A model generated the notes under the pieces. That model was not told the origin of the DNA, did no database searches, and saw only the letters and a program-made list of their open reading frames with translations. The position numbers and the translations under genes are program-made. Positions 14,201 through 28,692 of a DNA stretch of 64,000 nt are shown here, in pieces; the stretch's first letter is position 1; every line of letters starts with the position of its first letter. Source of the DNA: Bugula neritina (Eukaryota; Animalia; Bryozoa); the NCBI GenBank assembly GCA_964035545.1, contig OZ037771.1:2119628-2183627 (forward strand), given 5' to 3'.

Positions 14201-14462
14201 TTTTAATCTTAGCTTCGAAAAATAATAAATATTGTCTCACCTTTACAAACTGCTCCACCAGAGACCTGATAACAAACACACGACCAAAGTAGCCTCGGCT
14301 TATTTCAGGTGTCTTTCTTATTTGACTTTGCTTACACATGCATTTAATGTACGGATCCTTCCAATATCCTAGTGACACGGCAAACTTCTTACTGCAAGAA
14401 GCTTCATCATTGGTCAGAATGACGCTATTATCATCAGTAGCTGGGACTCGAAACTCGGCCAT
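11229..14462 (-). CDS. LCMT1: Leucine carboxyl methyltransferase 1 (PP2A methyltransferase), 7 coding exons
   Basis: Exons 14462-14241, 13840-13657, 13187-13078, 12492-12355, 11946-11840, 11630-11547, 11364-11229. Motifs: AVSLGYWKDPYI, PEISRGYFGR, QIVSVGAGYDT, YVEVDFP, ADLR, PTLFLAECVLMYM, DRFAEVM, EMLDE...HYC. Confidence 0.95.
13985..14143 (+). mobile_element. tRNA-derived SINE, diverged copy 3 (in an LCMT1 intron)
   Basis: GGTCTAGTGG (A box), GGTTCAAATCC (B box), AGTCATAATTGCTCC and TCCTTAGCCTGCTT are shared with copies 1 and 2. Confidence 0.75.
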
Positions 14463-15329
14463 GAGTTAATTACTATGTCATACTCTAAAATATCAATACA
14501 ATTTTGCCATAACATATATACATATCTTATAAAAATCCAAAATAAATTTTTGTATGCAAATGTACTTGCATTATTATATACACTTAAAAATATACCATAA
14601 AAACTGCTATGCATTTTTTAAAAAAAATAATGCAAAATATGTAAAAAAATAAACACAAGCATAAACTACTACCACTTGAAAAAAAACAAATTAGTAGAAT
14701 ACTTGATGAATTGTGTTATTCAAAACAACTAGGCATAATGGCAACCATAACCATAAATGTAACCAGTGACGCAACTCAGTCACAAGTAAATAGACATTTC
14801 ACTTAAGTATTTTTTGCATATTTTACATAACTTACTAGTACAAGTATATAACAAAAATTAAAACAAACTATGGTCTCTATCTAGCAACCTCAAAAAACAT
14901 AATTAACAGTTGCAAACAAGAATTGCATAAAATGACAATGCAATTGCAAAATTGATATTAACCTGAATAGACCAAGAATCAACCTGGAGTACAATACAAT
15001 GTTGGTTTTAAAAGCTCAAAACAATAACAAGACTGAAAAGCCAATAGTTTAGACAAATAACAACTACAAACTCAATACTTAAAGCTAAAGTTAAAGAAAC
15101 ATCAAAACTAGCCATTAAATCACAGCAAACTATTAAATTTAAATAAAATAATAATCCAAATTCTCAAATTTTTTCATTTATGTGAGGTTACCATTATAAT
15201 TAAAATAAACTTAAAATTAAATTTTTTACTCTTAGTGATTACTGATTACTATTATGATTATCAATATCAATATCATTGTGACTGTGGCATCGAATTTAAT
15301 TTACTTTTACTTTTAGTAAACTTTTACCT

Positions 15330-15820
15330 ACTCATTACAAAAATAATAATTATATTCACACGAATAAATAAAAAAGTTGCTTGACATATAAAAACTTAGT
15401 TATTATTATTAATTATTTTTCAGATTTGGTGAACATTCATAAAATTTTAATTTCAACTGTGAATTTTTCATCTCAATCTGTAAACCTTCATCTTGATCTT
15501 GTTTAATTAATTGCTAGAGTTGGAAAATGAAAAACGGAAATATACAAAAGCTGATATAATGGAGTAAGCACCAAGGTTTGACACACCCGACTTTTAAATT
15601 ATCGATATTAAAAATACAACGAACGACATAATAGTTGTTAAGGAATTGTATTTTGTGGTTCCACTTTACTGCAAGTTACAAAGTTTCCGGGGGAAAATGG
15701 TTTTTCCATGCACAAAATTATCTACTGATGCAGTTTTGTATGACCAACTCCAAGGCAGTTGTAGACATTGAATCAGTGATTGTGAAGACCATAGTTGTAA
15801 CCTAAAATTAAATTAGTATA
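15330..15820. promoter_or_regulatory. Probable bidirectional promoter of LCMT1 and PGM2
   Basis: The divergent ATGs are about 1.36 kb apart. LCMT1 appears to have a 5' UTR intron (minus-strand donor about 15327, acceptor about 14486). A TATCGATA (DRE-like) palindrome lies at 15600-15607. Confidence 0.55.
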
Positions 15821-18800
15821 ATGCATAAACAGCAGTCTAATTCCTTATTATTAAACTCTAAAATTGAAGAATGGATGAGATGGGACAGGGTGAGAATTGC
15901 ATCACTATGACATTGACTATCACTATCAGTACCAGTATGACATTGACTATGAGTATCACTATCAGTATCACTATGGCTATTGCTATGACTATGACTATCC
16001 CTATGCCTAATAGTACTATATTTGATTTAAACTTTATAGTTTTAGTTTTACTTGCATTAATACTCATAGTGATACTAATACTAATAGTAATACTAATGTC
16101 TAATAGTAATAGTAAATTCATTAAATCATAAATGTAATTGTAATAACTAATATTATTAGTAATACTAATACTAATAGTAATACTAATACTTTAATATTAT
16201 CTTATAGTTATACTTCTGCTAGTTCATAGTTACTAGTACAATAGTAGTGAACCACTATTACTATTAGTATTATACTAGTTAGTTAATTTAGCTAGTGCTA
16301 CTGATTTTCTCTCGAATTTAGATAATATTACTTTTTAATTGTTTTTTTTAAAATTTTAATTAAGCCTCAACGACTACTCAAATTGAAATAGACAAAGAAA
16401 AAATTTAAGTGTAAGTGACTGTGAGTCACATGAAAACTTATACTTATAGTTATACTCATAGTACCAAAGTGCCAGTGTAGGTGTGCAGCTATTTAAACTG
16501 GCAGTCAACACAAGTTTAAATTATATTTTACCCTATAATTTAGCACATGGCAATAATTCTTTATTGCCTTTTTTTAAATAGTTTTCAATACTCAGATTTA
16601 GTATCAGAATCATGCATGAGCATGAGTGAGTATTAATGCGTTATACTAATATTTACTTAAGAATACTCAGCATGCTTAGCCACCTTATGAGTATAAATTA
16701 TAGTAAGCTTATTGCTAGGTCTACAAATATTATTTTGATATTGATAACTATGAGTATCAAACTAAGATATTACTAATTTTTTTAGCAAAATAGTTTAATC
16801 ATAATCAATTTATCTAAATTTTAGATTATTTTCAATCTAAATATATATTAGTAATTATGAAATTTAATTTTTGCTGTTAATGATAGTTGCACTCAATCTC
16901 ATTAACTTTGAATTTTTCACATGTCAATTTAGCGACTATTCAAATTTTAAATTTTAGAATGAAAAAACGCGGGATGAAGTGCATACTTTGGTCACGGAAG
17001 GAAATGTTGCGGAACTGGAAAGACGGTTTCTAAGTAGGATAGAGTTTGGTACCGCCGGTCTCAGAGGACGAATGGCTGCAGGCATCTCAATGATGAACGA
17101 TGTTGTGGTGATTCAGACATCACAGGTAAGCAGTAAGCTGACCACACAGGTGTGTTCGGTATGCTGCGCTCAACTCACCTGTGTCAGGTCATACCTAGTC
17201 TGTTTTTGTATACATGTATGCTTTCACCCTGGATGAACATGTGACATTACCCTTTTACAAGTTATATGTACTTCATTTTTGGTAGATTCTATTCCTTGAG
17301 TTTCCTAGCTTGCTATGAGACTATAGTAAAGTAGCACGATAACAGTTGCTGTTTTGTTTTTTTTATACTTAGAGAAATTATGGAAATATTTTACTCAATT
17401 GAGTCTGACTAAGGATTTATTTTGTTGTGATTGCAGGGTCTGTCGAACTATCTGTTAGCATGTCAGCCTGAGGTCAAAGAAAGAGGAGTTGTTGTGGGTT
17501 TTGATGGCAGACATAACAGTGAAAAGTACGTAGTAAATATAATACATATACAAGTAATAAAACTATGGTAATATAATAGTAATATGAATATAAGAAATAT
17601 ATGGTAATATAATATTAATATAAATATAAGAAATATATAGTAATGTAATATTAATATAAATATAAAAAATATATACTCCTATAATGTTTGTAAGTATAAT
17701 AAATGTATAGTAATATACTGTTAACATAAGCATAAGAAATATATGGCAATCTGATGTTAATATAAATATAATAAGTATATGGCAGTACAACATCAGTAAG
17801 CATTATATATCTTACCTTAAATTTTTTATAGTACAGCAGCCACTAGTATCATGTAATATTTCAATCAACTATGAGAACTAGTCAGGTTGACAAAACATTT
17901 ATGTCACTACTAGTAGTAGTTTCATGTGCGCCAAATAATACAATGTTCACAATCATCAGGCAAATGAAAGTTTTACTTGTTAGCCTAGAGTTTGCATATA
18001 TTTTTAAAACAATCAAAAATATATTATGACTTGAGGTGTTACTGAATGTGATTTGTTGGGTAATGTTGTCTATGTCAAATAAACAATTGACGAATAATAG
18101 TTAGTTGTGTCTTTACACAATGTTGTAAAACTAGTCTCTCCATTCACTGTTTTGGCTTGCATATTATAGCGAAATTTCAATTGGCATTTTATCCTTAAAC
18201 TTTATAACTTCAGCTTTTAGTTGCTACTCCCTAGTCAGTCTGAGTGAAACACAGGGCTAAGCATTACTGTACTCACTACACAATATTGTGTTTTTGCACT
18301 CATATTGGGTTCAAACTGACAAGCATTATTATCTGAAAAGAACACTTATAACACTTATCTGTTCAGCTGATATCAATAGCTGCTAAAATCTATCAAACGT
18401 GAAGCATAAAATACTTGTAAATGATAAGCTGTTTTTCAGCTATTAGTCCTAAAGATCCTTTCGTCAGTTTGCTGCAATAAAATGTTAAACAGGAAAGATT
18501 GGAATTCCCAAACTATTATGTTGTATATTCCCATGTTGACAGAAAGCTTTTTTTCCTGTTACTAATAAATTGCAACACACAGATTAGGTCTAAAAGAGCT
18601 TAAATTCAGTGAAAATTCAAACAAAAATATCTATAAAGTTGTAAAATTTTGTGTATATTTATGGGCCAAGTTTTATTGTTAGATATTTTTGTAGGTGGGC
18701 ACATTTTTTGGCAGCTGCAATGATAAGGAAAGGAATTCCCGTTTACCTTTTTACGAATGTAGCACCAACTCCATTCGTGGTATGTGTAACTTGCTATGGC

Positions 18801-21800
18801 GTGTGCACTAGTGTCTACTTGTCATAACACTGTAACAAAAGGTTAATTTATTATTCTAGTTTTATTTTTTATTTTAGGCATTTGGTGTGAAGCATTTGAA
18901 AGCCGTATGCGGTGTAGTTATTACTGCCTCCCACAACCCTAAGCAAGACAACGGCTATAAGGTAGAGTGATAAGTTGCCATTTATATGCTTCCCATAAAT
19001 TTATTTAACATTAAAATTTCACACTGTTTTCTTGTAAACAGCTTTGATGAGTAGGAGTTGTTTTCAAGGTTTATTGGGATAACGGGGCTCAGATTGTATC
19101 CCCGCATGACAAGAAAATATCTCAGTCTATTCTGGAGAGCCTGGAAATGGATGATGCATCATGGGATATATCGGGAGTACTGACACATTCACTTAGAAAG
19201 GATCCCACAGCTGAGGTGGAAGCAGCGTACTTTGACGAGCTCTCAAAATATGTACAGTACAAGTATGTGTTGTACTCTGCAAGCATCTCAACAGTATCTT
19301 TTATTAGTTTTTATATCCATAAAAATATTGACAGCTTGGCGTTTTTACAGTAAAAAGTATAAGCTTCATTATCAGAAAACAAAGTTGTCGAGATGCTTAA
19401 TAAATCGTACATCATGTGTTCATGAGACGCTTTGTACTCTCCTATCACAGAACTGACTTCATTGATGCACAGATCTTCGTACTGGATAAATCTAGTAAGT
19501 CTCAGGGTCTGAATGCTGAATCCCAGCTGCTTTTATGTGTTGTAAAGTTGTTTCCTCTACACTAAATTAAGTTACCATTTATTATATCATTTCTTTTTCA
19601 CCATTTTTATATATTTTATTCATCAGGCAACAAAACTCATCTTGTGATTTGAAGATGGTGTACACAGCTATGCATGGTGTGGGTTGGAACGCCGTTCAGA
19701 GTTGCCTTCTCACATTTGGGTTTCCCCCATGTATTCCTGTAAAGGAGCAGATGCTACCCGACCCCGAGTTTCCCACCGTGACCTTTCCCAATCCCGAGGA
19801 GGGTAAAAGTGCTATGGTGAGAGTTTTGTAAGCTATTTACTGCATCTTTCCAACTTAAAAATTGAGCTATTCATGTCGGGAGTTGGTTCTTAGTCTTTAT
19901 CTGCTTTTTGCTTTTCTTACCATTAAAATACTGTAGCATCAAGGCGGCCCATTGTAATATCACTGAGTTTTCTCAACTTGATAGTTTTAACGCAAGTTGT
20001 TGAATTTTCATTCGAACATGTGTGAGTTTTATGTTTTTGTGCACTAAATATAATGAAACTGCCATTTATATTAGCTTTAGTGAAGCAGTTCGAGAAATGT
20101 GTGTCTAATTTTATTTGTAAATGATAAACTTCTTGGTTTAGTGTTTACTCAGTTGCCTGATTAAACACAATCAGGGTGCCCTACCCGTGCCCGCAGCTGA
20201 CACCATATTGGCTTACTTTTAGAACTTGGCTATCAAAACTGCAGATGAAAATAACGTAAGCTTTATCATGGCCAATGATCCTGACGCTGATCGACTCTGC
20301 ATTGCCGAGAAAAACGATTCCAGGTGGGATAATTGGTCCGAGTTTGATCATACAGTATATTATTATGTAGTATGAAGTGCTGTGTGTTATCAGATGATCT
20401 ATCAGGTTGTGTATAATTAGATAGGGTAAGCTTGTTTATTTTTGGCTACTCATATATAAGGTTGTTTGTTGTTTGTTATAGGTGAAGCCTATGTCACTCT
20501 GTTATTATTTCTTGAATTGTATTTGCTATAGTTTTATTATAGTGTTATTGGAGTATTGGAGTTACATTTCCTTTATGTGCACCGAAAACAATGCAGGTTT
20601 AGTTGCTTTGTCCATTTCATTGTTTACTTAATATTTCTTATAATTTTTAATTTCCCTGTTTTCAGTGGGGAGTGGAAAATATTCAATGGCAATGAAATGG
20701 CCGCCTTGCTAGGCTGGTGGTGCTGGCATTGTCACCAACTCAAAGGTTCTCATAAGCCAGGTGTTGTATCTTATATGTAGTAGTAGTGGTGTTGTATCTT
20801 ATATGTTGTACTCTTTAACTCATGAATAAAGGAAAACATTCATTCAACCTCAACGCAAAACTGGTTGTTTTATGTTCCTCCCCTGCTAGCTACTAGTAAC
20901 ATTTGGCCAATAAATATTTATTAGTAACACTTGACTAGTAAATAGTTATAAGTAATTAGTTACTACTAACTCCTTACTCTTAGTTAGTTCCTAGCTGCTA
21001 GTAACACCTAACTAATAAATAGTTACTAGTAACTCTTTACTAGTAAACAATTACTAGTAACTGTTTTTGAGCCACAATAGAGAAATACAAGAACAATATG
21101 TTGAAGTCGTGTACGTTGCATTGCAATGTCACACCGGGGGATACTTTTCTATCAGTATTAAAGTATGTGGTACCAGAAAGTATAATCTGAAGTCATTAGA
21201 TCATCTGTATGTAGAAGTAGGTTTATTTTCTTACTTTTAGCAGATTCCTGCTACATGGTAGCCAGCACTGTATCTTCCAAGATTCTTCTTAGCATGGCCG
21301 AAGTTGAAGGATTTAATTTTGCTGTAAGTGTATATTTCTGTTTAAAGCCAAATTAAGATTAATAGTAATTAAAGTAGTGTTGGTAGTAGCAGTAGCGGTA
21401 GTAAAAGTAGTAGTAACAGCAGTAGTAGTAGTACTAGTAGCAGTATTAGCAGCAGCAGCAGTAGTAGTAGTATTAGTAGCAGTATTAGTAGTAGTAGCAC
21501 TGGTAGCAGTACTAGTAGCAGTATTAGTAGTAGTAGAAGTATTAGTAGTAGTAGCACTGGTAGCAGTACTAGTAGCAGTATTAGTAGTAATAGTAGTAGC
21601 AGTAGCAGCAGCAGTAGTAGTTTCTGTTGAAATCTTGTGAAGTTACTGAAGCTGTTGTAGGAAACTCTGACTGGATTCAAATGGATAGCTAATAAGACCA
21701 TTGACTTGGAGAATGCTGGGAAAACAGTTTTGTTTGGCTTTGAAGAGGCTATTGGTGGGTCTATCTTCAGCCAGTTAGTTCACCAACCATGATATGCAAT

Positions 21801-24674
21801 AGATGAAAATATGCTAGTTTTTAAATCATGTATCTAGAAGCAGTAAATTTTAATACATCCATTTGCGTATAATTCATAGGTGTCTCACATGTGCTAGATT
21901 TGAAGGTGAAGGTTTTTCTAAGAAAGCAGCTGGCGAGAAATAAAATGTACTTATGCAAATCGAACTAGGTTTTATGAGTTCTGTTTAGCTCATGCAGTTA
22001 GATTCCTATGAGTTATTCTTTTTGGGAGTTGTTTTATTTTTCAGTTGTATTGCGTTTCTACACGATGAATCGAACTTACAGTATGCGTGTTACTCAACTA
22101 CAGCTTATGGTTTTTTTTCCATGAAATCACAATATTTGTACTTGAGCCTGCAGATTTCATTGTTGAACATAGGGTTTATGGTTGGCTCGCTGACCTATGA
22201 TAAAGACGGCGTGTCAGCACTCGGTGTCTTGTATGAACTGGCAGCATATTTGAATCGACAAGGGAAGCAACTTCACCAGCAGCTTGAAACAATATATGAA
22301 AAGTATGTGGATACAGGTGTTTTTAGTTGCAGACGTTTGCTCTATGTTGGACTATTCATATCGTGGGTTGTTTAATAAATGTCGCGATATTGTCTGCTCC
22401 TTTTGACAGATATGGCCATCACCTCAATAACAACTCATACTTCATCTGTCATGACAAGGAGAAAATCAAACATATCTTCACCAGGATAAGGACCATGTCT
22501 GGGGCACCTGACACGGTTTGTCTAGTCTCAAGTAATAGCAGAAGACGTTATTTCACGTCAAGTGTTTTTACAAAATATTAATAGTTATTGTTATCATTAT
22601 AAACAGGCTAGCGTCGTTTATTTTAGAATACTATTGTCAAGTTCGAATTATAATCAGTATAGAGTTTTATTATTAATATCAAATCATAACGATGAATTTA
22701 CAAGCAAGAAGTCTTGAAAATAATCAGGTCTTTTGAGAAACTAGCATTGAAATATCTATATTTGAACATATTTTTTACTATGTCCAAAAGGTAGTTTTCA
22801 ATCACCTGACTGTTAATCACATGACAGTTTCAACTTGCACCCCAAACCAAAATTTATCAAAGAAATTGAAGAACTTATGCTATTGAAGTTTCTCTTTTAC
22901 CACACCTTAACCAAGGGTTTAGCTCAAAGTTTATTTGAACCATTTTCATTGGTCACCTTCTCAGCTAGGGCAGTATATGTTTTGCTATCTGAGCTCTTTA
23001 TATAATTTAACCGCACACCAACTCTACTCATGTAGACGGTGGTTTTGTTTTTCAGTATCCTGAAGAGTTGGGTGGGGTGAAGGTCAAGTATGTAAGAGAT
23101 TTGACTACAGGCTATGACAATGAGCAAGCTGATAACAAGGCTGTGAGTATTATAGTCTCTAATATGTTCACAATACTTGTAGTGGGATTAATTGTGATGT
23201 ACCTTACTTGTGCATATCATTAGGATGAGCCATGTTGAAGATGGGTCAGGGAAGGGGGTGTTCTTTCAGTCAAAACCTTAGTATATTACCCTATTGAGTT
23301 GTGTGCCCAATAAAGGTTCTAAGACTATTTGGGAGAATGACTCATCATTTAGTGATTCAAAGAAAAAGAAAATGTGAATGAGGAATAATCTTGTAAACCT
23401 GACATTTATATATTATTGCAGCAGTTCTTGCATGCTTGATGTAAAATCACTTTAATAAAATCATTGAGGGATTGTTTATGCAGGATTTCTTGTTTAGATA
23501 TAATTATAAATGTCAAGTGATATAGATGAGCAGGTTTTAGTGTCATAAGAATCGAATACTGGGGAGATAACTCCTAAATATTATCTATAATTTCAGCTAA
23601 AAAATTTGCAATTAAAAATAGTTATATGTTCTAGTAGCAAGCTACGCAAGAATTCAAATAGCTTTTTTGTTGAGAAAAAGTAGTCAACTATGTAAATAAC
23701 GATTATAAACAAACTGCAATCTTTTGTGAAAGAGTTAAAAAAAGTTGTAGATTAGGAGTTGTCTTACTTAATCAAATTGATCCTCCTTCATGCTGCAGTT
23801 GTTGCAGTGAAGGTTCAGTTGTATAAATATTAAATTATGCTGTACTGACAATAGAAATATAACACAGGTTGGTTAGTTCTATTGTTTCTTGAGTAATCGC
23901 TTGTAAATGAAGGAAATATTAGCAAGAGGTGAAAGTGACCCATTTATATAAACTTCGATTTCACTGTTGAAGCACACTTTATTCTTAGATAGTCTAGAAT
24001 TTCTCTCCATTGAAGTAAGAGATGTAAGAAAGTATTCCTTTACTCTATCCAATAGAAACAATCGAATCATCTGGTAACAACTTTGCTGACTTCCCTTGTT
24101 TGTCTGCTGCTTGTAGATTTTGCCTGTCAGCAGCTCCAGTCAGATGATCACGTTCACTTTCGTCAACAAGGCTATCGTCACTCTCCGCACGAGTGGCACT
24201 GAACCAAAGATCAAGTATTACTCGGAGATCCGTGGAACTGGATCTAAGTACGTCTTGTCTATACATAAGTATATACAGCCTCGTTTTCACTGCAGACTGT
24301 GTGGCTTGTTGTTGCTTTAACCTGATATTGCTGTTAGTTGAAAATTCAAATTGTCGTCACTATGTCAGTTGGACTTTTCCAAATGATTAGAAACTTCTAA
24401 ATTGCGGTAGGTTAATATTTTATGTTGTGTTGGATTAGGATTATTTTACCTTTTTTTATTGTAGCAGCTAGTGTATTAGAACAACTTACTCAAATACTAA
24501 AACCCAATGTCTTGATAACTTAGTAGGTAATCGACTTTCTAAATATTTATGACTGCCTCATGTTTCAGATTATCTAAAGAGGAATTGTCTTCTTCCCTCG
24601 ATGCATTAGTAGAGGCAGTGATAAATGAATTACTTGAACCGGAGAAGAATCAACTGTTACCAAAGTCAGAATAA
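15821..24674 (+). CDS. PGM2: Phosphoglucomutase-2/phosphopentomutase (PGM2/PGM2L1 family), 16 exons
   Basis: Exons 15821-15889, 16958-17125, 17437-17525, 18695-18779, 18878-18961, 19069-19262, 19627-19816, 20223-20323, 20666-20760, 21241-21323, 21661-21754, 22173-22302, 22410-22515, 23056-23142, 24117-24247, 24569-24674. Motifs: [14 protein letters not shown] (catalytic Ser), [44 protein letters not shown]. Confidence 0.96.
15901..16290. repeat. Degenerate hexamer array (ATSAST/AATAGT) at the start of PGM2 intron 1
   Basis: ATCACT ATGACA TTGACT ATCACT ATCAGT ACCAGT ATGACA TTGACT ATGAGT... Confidence 0.85.
17560..17790. repeat. AT-rich minisatellite in PGM2 intron 3
   Basis: Repeated ATAAGAAATATATGGTAATATAAT-like units. 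Confidence 0.75.
21370..21620. repeat. (AGT/AGC)n compound trinucleotide repeat in PGM2 intron 10
   Basis: Direct reading of the sequence, including a higher-order duplicated block GTAGCACTGGTAGCAGTACTAGTAGCAGTATTAG. Confidence 0.9.
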
Positions 24675-25297
24675 CATACTTAGTACTGTACACTACTGTA
24701 GTAGCTGAATCGTGACTACAATCACTCAAAGTTTTACTTTATATGCATGTGATACTATGCATAGTCATTCCATCAGTGCCCGTATCCCTGACATACCTTG
24801 GTTTAGATGGTTTTTATAGCGTTTCATTTATCTTATGATTTTAGTTAGATTTACTTGAGTTTTCTTTTTTCAATAAAATTGTAAGTTTACTATTGCATGA
24901 CCACCACAGTTCCTGATAGTAACTCTATGCAAGTTCAAGTACCCAGTTATATGTATGAATTATATTTCAATAAAAAATTGTATAATATTACATGGTATTA
25001 TATTTTGATAACAAAAGCTCAAACAAACACATAAATTGATGCTAGAATTGCATGAATATACTGTTAACTATCCATGAATACATGATCTTAACCACAATTT
25101 TACCTGCTACTATTACTATATAACAACATTATTCAGAGAGATGGATTACATGAAGGTCTAACAACAATGAGTTGAACTTGGCAGTTAGAATCTATGTACC
25201 TAGCATTACGTTTGTTATCCAATGTTATGTTGAGCTAGAATATTGTATTTGTACATGAATTGTAAAGTTACATGAGTTACTGTGACGCTACATTTTT

Positions 25298-28092
25298 CTA
25301 CTGATCAAACTGATCCTTGTTTTTCATGAGATACGCAGCGAGAAATTCCACAGGATTGGGTGGCCTAAAAACAAAAGATTTGTTGGGATGTAAAATTGTA
25401 ACATCTAGCGAGTTTCTTTTAAAGAGCAAGTTGGGGATGGAATTAAACTTGTGTAAGCAATAACATTGTTCTACATCAATTATATAAAGCAAAAAGTTCC
25501 AAGTCAAAGATACACAGCAATAGAAAAACACTTTAAGTTGTAACATTAGGCTAAGGTATTCAGGATTTTATCTGGTTGCCTAACGCTGTACACAGTGGCA
25601 GTTGATTTTAGAAGACCCACCAGCAACCAAAATGACTGCTAATAGTTCGTTTGGGTTCAACAAACTTTTTAAAAAGAATCCATGATATTTTTTTATATAT
25701 GATTCTAATACCTAGCAGATTGATAAAAATTAGCTCAGTTGGAATTTTCTAGAAGTGGCTAGTGTGGCCAGTTCAGCTGCTTGGAACACATAAATCTGTT
25801 AGTGAACGGTATTTATAACTTACCGCTCCTTTGCTAACACTGACATCCCCTGTAATAATATCGGTACAACTGTCTGATCAAGGTATGCCCTGGTGGGAAG
25901 AGAAGCTAATTCAACTTTTTGTTTCTTGGCTTGTGGTTGATCACCTTGTTCTCTTTCATTCTGAGCTATTTTCTACAAAATTGGGAAGACAAATTCAAAA
26001 ATTATAATCATATTTTAAATTATAAATGTAGTGTGCAAACTACTAATATTTGCATACTACACACTTTGACGTCTTCTGTAAGACCAAGTTCTGTTTGGGG
26101 ATCAGCGGTTGAGCCCTCTACAGGAGTTGTAGGCTTGGAAACGGTTTCGGAAGCTGCAGCATCTATAAGTTTAAATAAGAATATAATAAACATTAGCAAC
26201 ACCCAAACCTATGATTCATTCTATATAAACCCCATCTCTCTGTATAAATATTAGTACACATCTAACTCATATCGCTAAAATATTTATCAATTTTTAAAAC
26301 TAATTCAAATCTTAGCTCATGGTCAACTGTTTAATTTCAAACAGTGTGCTCCATTTTTATGGTTCATTAAAACAGCTGATGATTTATTATCACAAAGTGT
26401 ATCAAATTGGTAATGAAACAATTTTTTACATTGGTACTTAAACTAAGTTTATACTTATTAGCATATTAGGTCTCATTATAATTTATTATTCATATAATTT
26501 TATGTTGTTCATTATTCTATTGAATTGATAATTTTATCAAGTTTGTCAGCTATTCACTGATGCAGTGGATATTGAAAATTGCATGAACAAATTTAAAGTT
26601 TTAGTTTTAAATAGTTTTAGACATAAATGTACACTCATTTCACAATTAGTTAATAACACACTTATACAGAGCCCTTCTTACAACAGCAAAGAAACGCTAT
26701 GGTGACAGAGTGTAGCACTAAATGGAGCCAAAAATATCAATAATCATGGTTATTTTAGTATCAACAGAAAAAAAGTATCAATAAAACTACAGATATAGGC
26801 TATAGCTGCTTGAATAAAATAAACTTATTTTTATTCATTTTTGGTGTAGGTATGAGTAATCAATTATTTTAAAAAGTAAAAACAAATTGGCTTTAAATAC
26901 ATATATTAAATATTATATTATTAATAGACTCATTTTGACAACTAGGCTGCTTGCTATTTATTCTCACACTATCAACAATCATCATGATTTAAACAAAAAC
27001 TACCGTTGTGTATTGTAATTCCAAATTTATCGAACAAATTAAAAAGTTGGCTAATGATAATATAAATATATCATTACAATTAATAAAAAATATACCACAG
27101 TCACTAACATTATTTAACAAAAAAGCAATCAGTAAAACAACTTGAAGGACAAGATTGCCTGGAATTTGATATTTATAACTAGCATGTAGGCATTCAATTT
27201 TATTTTGGTTTAATTATAATTATTTTATCATGATTATAACTATTGTAATATATTTATTATGGCTATGAATCTTTGTCAGATAATCATCTTGCTATTCATT
27301 TTGATGATAATTCTCACTATATATTGATATATAATTATAAAATCAAATAAAAAAGGCAGAAAATTTTTTTTTCAGTATTATTTGCATTATTACACAATGA
27401 TAATTGACAATGAATTGACAATAAAACATTCAACCAAAAAAATGAAACTTTAAATAAAATAATATAAATAATAATATCAATATGAGTACAAATTGTATCA
27501 ATATGAGTATCACTATGTCTATAACAGACTTAACAATATAAAACTATAAGTATGACTCCATAAGTATAAGATTAGGTAGAAATGCAAATTAAACTTGAAG
27601 GCAAATTAAAATAATCAAATAGATATAAAATTTAAATTTAACTTCAAGTTTAAATTCAAGTTGATATTCATCATCATGATCATATAACAAAAATTTAAAT
27701 AAATTAATATAATAATAATTATAATACCTAATATAATCATTAATATTATAATAATAAATATTATTATCTATATTATTATTATCATGATGATTAAAATGTT
27801 TATATATATTTATTTTTACTTTTAGTTTTACTATTACTATTACAGTATTAGTATTTAGCCTACTTTTAGTTTTACTTTTACTTTTAGATTTTTAAGTTTT
27901 TACTTTTTCAACTGCTGTAAGGGCGAGGAAAGGTTTCGTCAAAGGGTTGGAAAACATTTTTAAAAATAAAATTATTTGTTATTTAGCATAAAAACAGTGT
28001 TAACTTGTAATTGACTAAATTTTGACATGGAATTATTACACTTTCTATAACTTTTATTTAATAAATCACAAAGACTTGCCTGTTGTGGCCAT
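25298..28092 (-). CDS. DPY30: Dpy-30 homolog (COMPASS/SET1 subunit), 4 coding exons
   Basis: Exons 28092-28080 (MATT, AAGATGG context, GC donor), 26162-26065, 25972-25824 ([27 protein letters not shown]), 25364-25298 ([17 protein letters not shown]). The first exon is inferred; the Dpy-30 motif is unambiguous. Confidence 0.9.
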
Positions 28093-28189
28093 CTTGGTTG
28101 CTCAGGTATTAAAGAGTAACTGCGGAAACTATATCCGCGCACTCAAAGAGTGAAACTATCAGTTTACTCAAAGTGTCGATTACCTATAG

Positions 28190-28692
28190 TTTTCAGTTGT
28201 TTACATTAAATTTAAATAGAATATTTTTTCAAATTTTATAATTTGTGAATAAGCAACTATTCTTGTTTACTTTTTTTATGGTTAGGCATTCAACCATATA
28301 ATATAATTGTAACTGTTTTAGTTCATTGCATTCAACATTTAGGTCAGGAAACGCCTTTGAAACCACACAAAAACTCTTTTAGGGCGGATGCGCGCGACTT
28401 TCGGAATTTCAAGCGACGTAAAAATTTGCACCCTGGTAACACCAACAAACAAATTTGCACACTATTTCAATACTCCTACGGCTACTGATACAGTTACACT
28501 TATACACTGATGCAGTTTTACCTAGGATACACGCTTATAGTAATAGGTTTCAGTGCTCTTACCAATACTAAAAGTTAGACCTTTGCCTTATACCTATAGT
28601 CATAGAGGCTTTGGCTTTGAGTTTTATCTTTTATGGTTGTACTACAACTTGTAGTAGATTAATATATCTTAGGTTAACCGTTATCGCCATCG
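28190..28692. promoter_or_regulatory. Probable bidirectional promoter of DPY30 and CAPN5
   Basis: Local CpG-rich patch (GGGCGGATGCGCGCGAC at about 28382) and two AAATTTGCAC copies. A plus-strand UTR donor CG|GTAAGA lies at about 28692, and the DPY30 ATG is at 28092. Confidence 0.6.

Noticed and set aside
15858-16131. ORFs on both strands with I/T/M-rich hydrophobic translations
   Set aside because: They are artefacts of the hexamer array in PGM2 intron 1; the real exon 15821-15889 is in another frame.
21369-21701. Poly-Leu and poly-Val ORFs (also 43995-44527)
   Set aside because: They are translations of intronic AGT/AGC trinucleotide repeats.
27004-27050. 47-nt AG...GT segment on the minus strand in DPY30 intron 1
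   Set aside because: Its length is not a multiple of 3, it has no recognisable similarity to DPY30, and there is no independent evidence for it.
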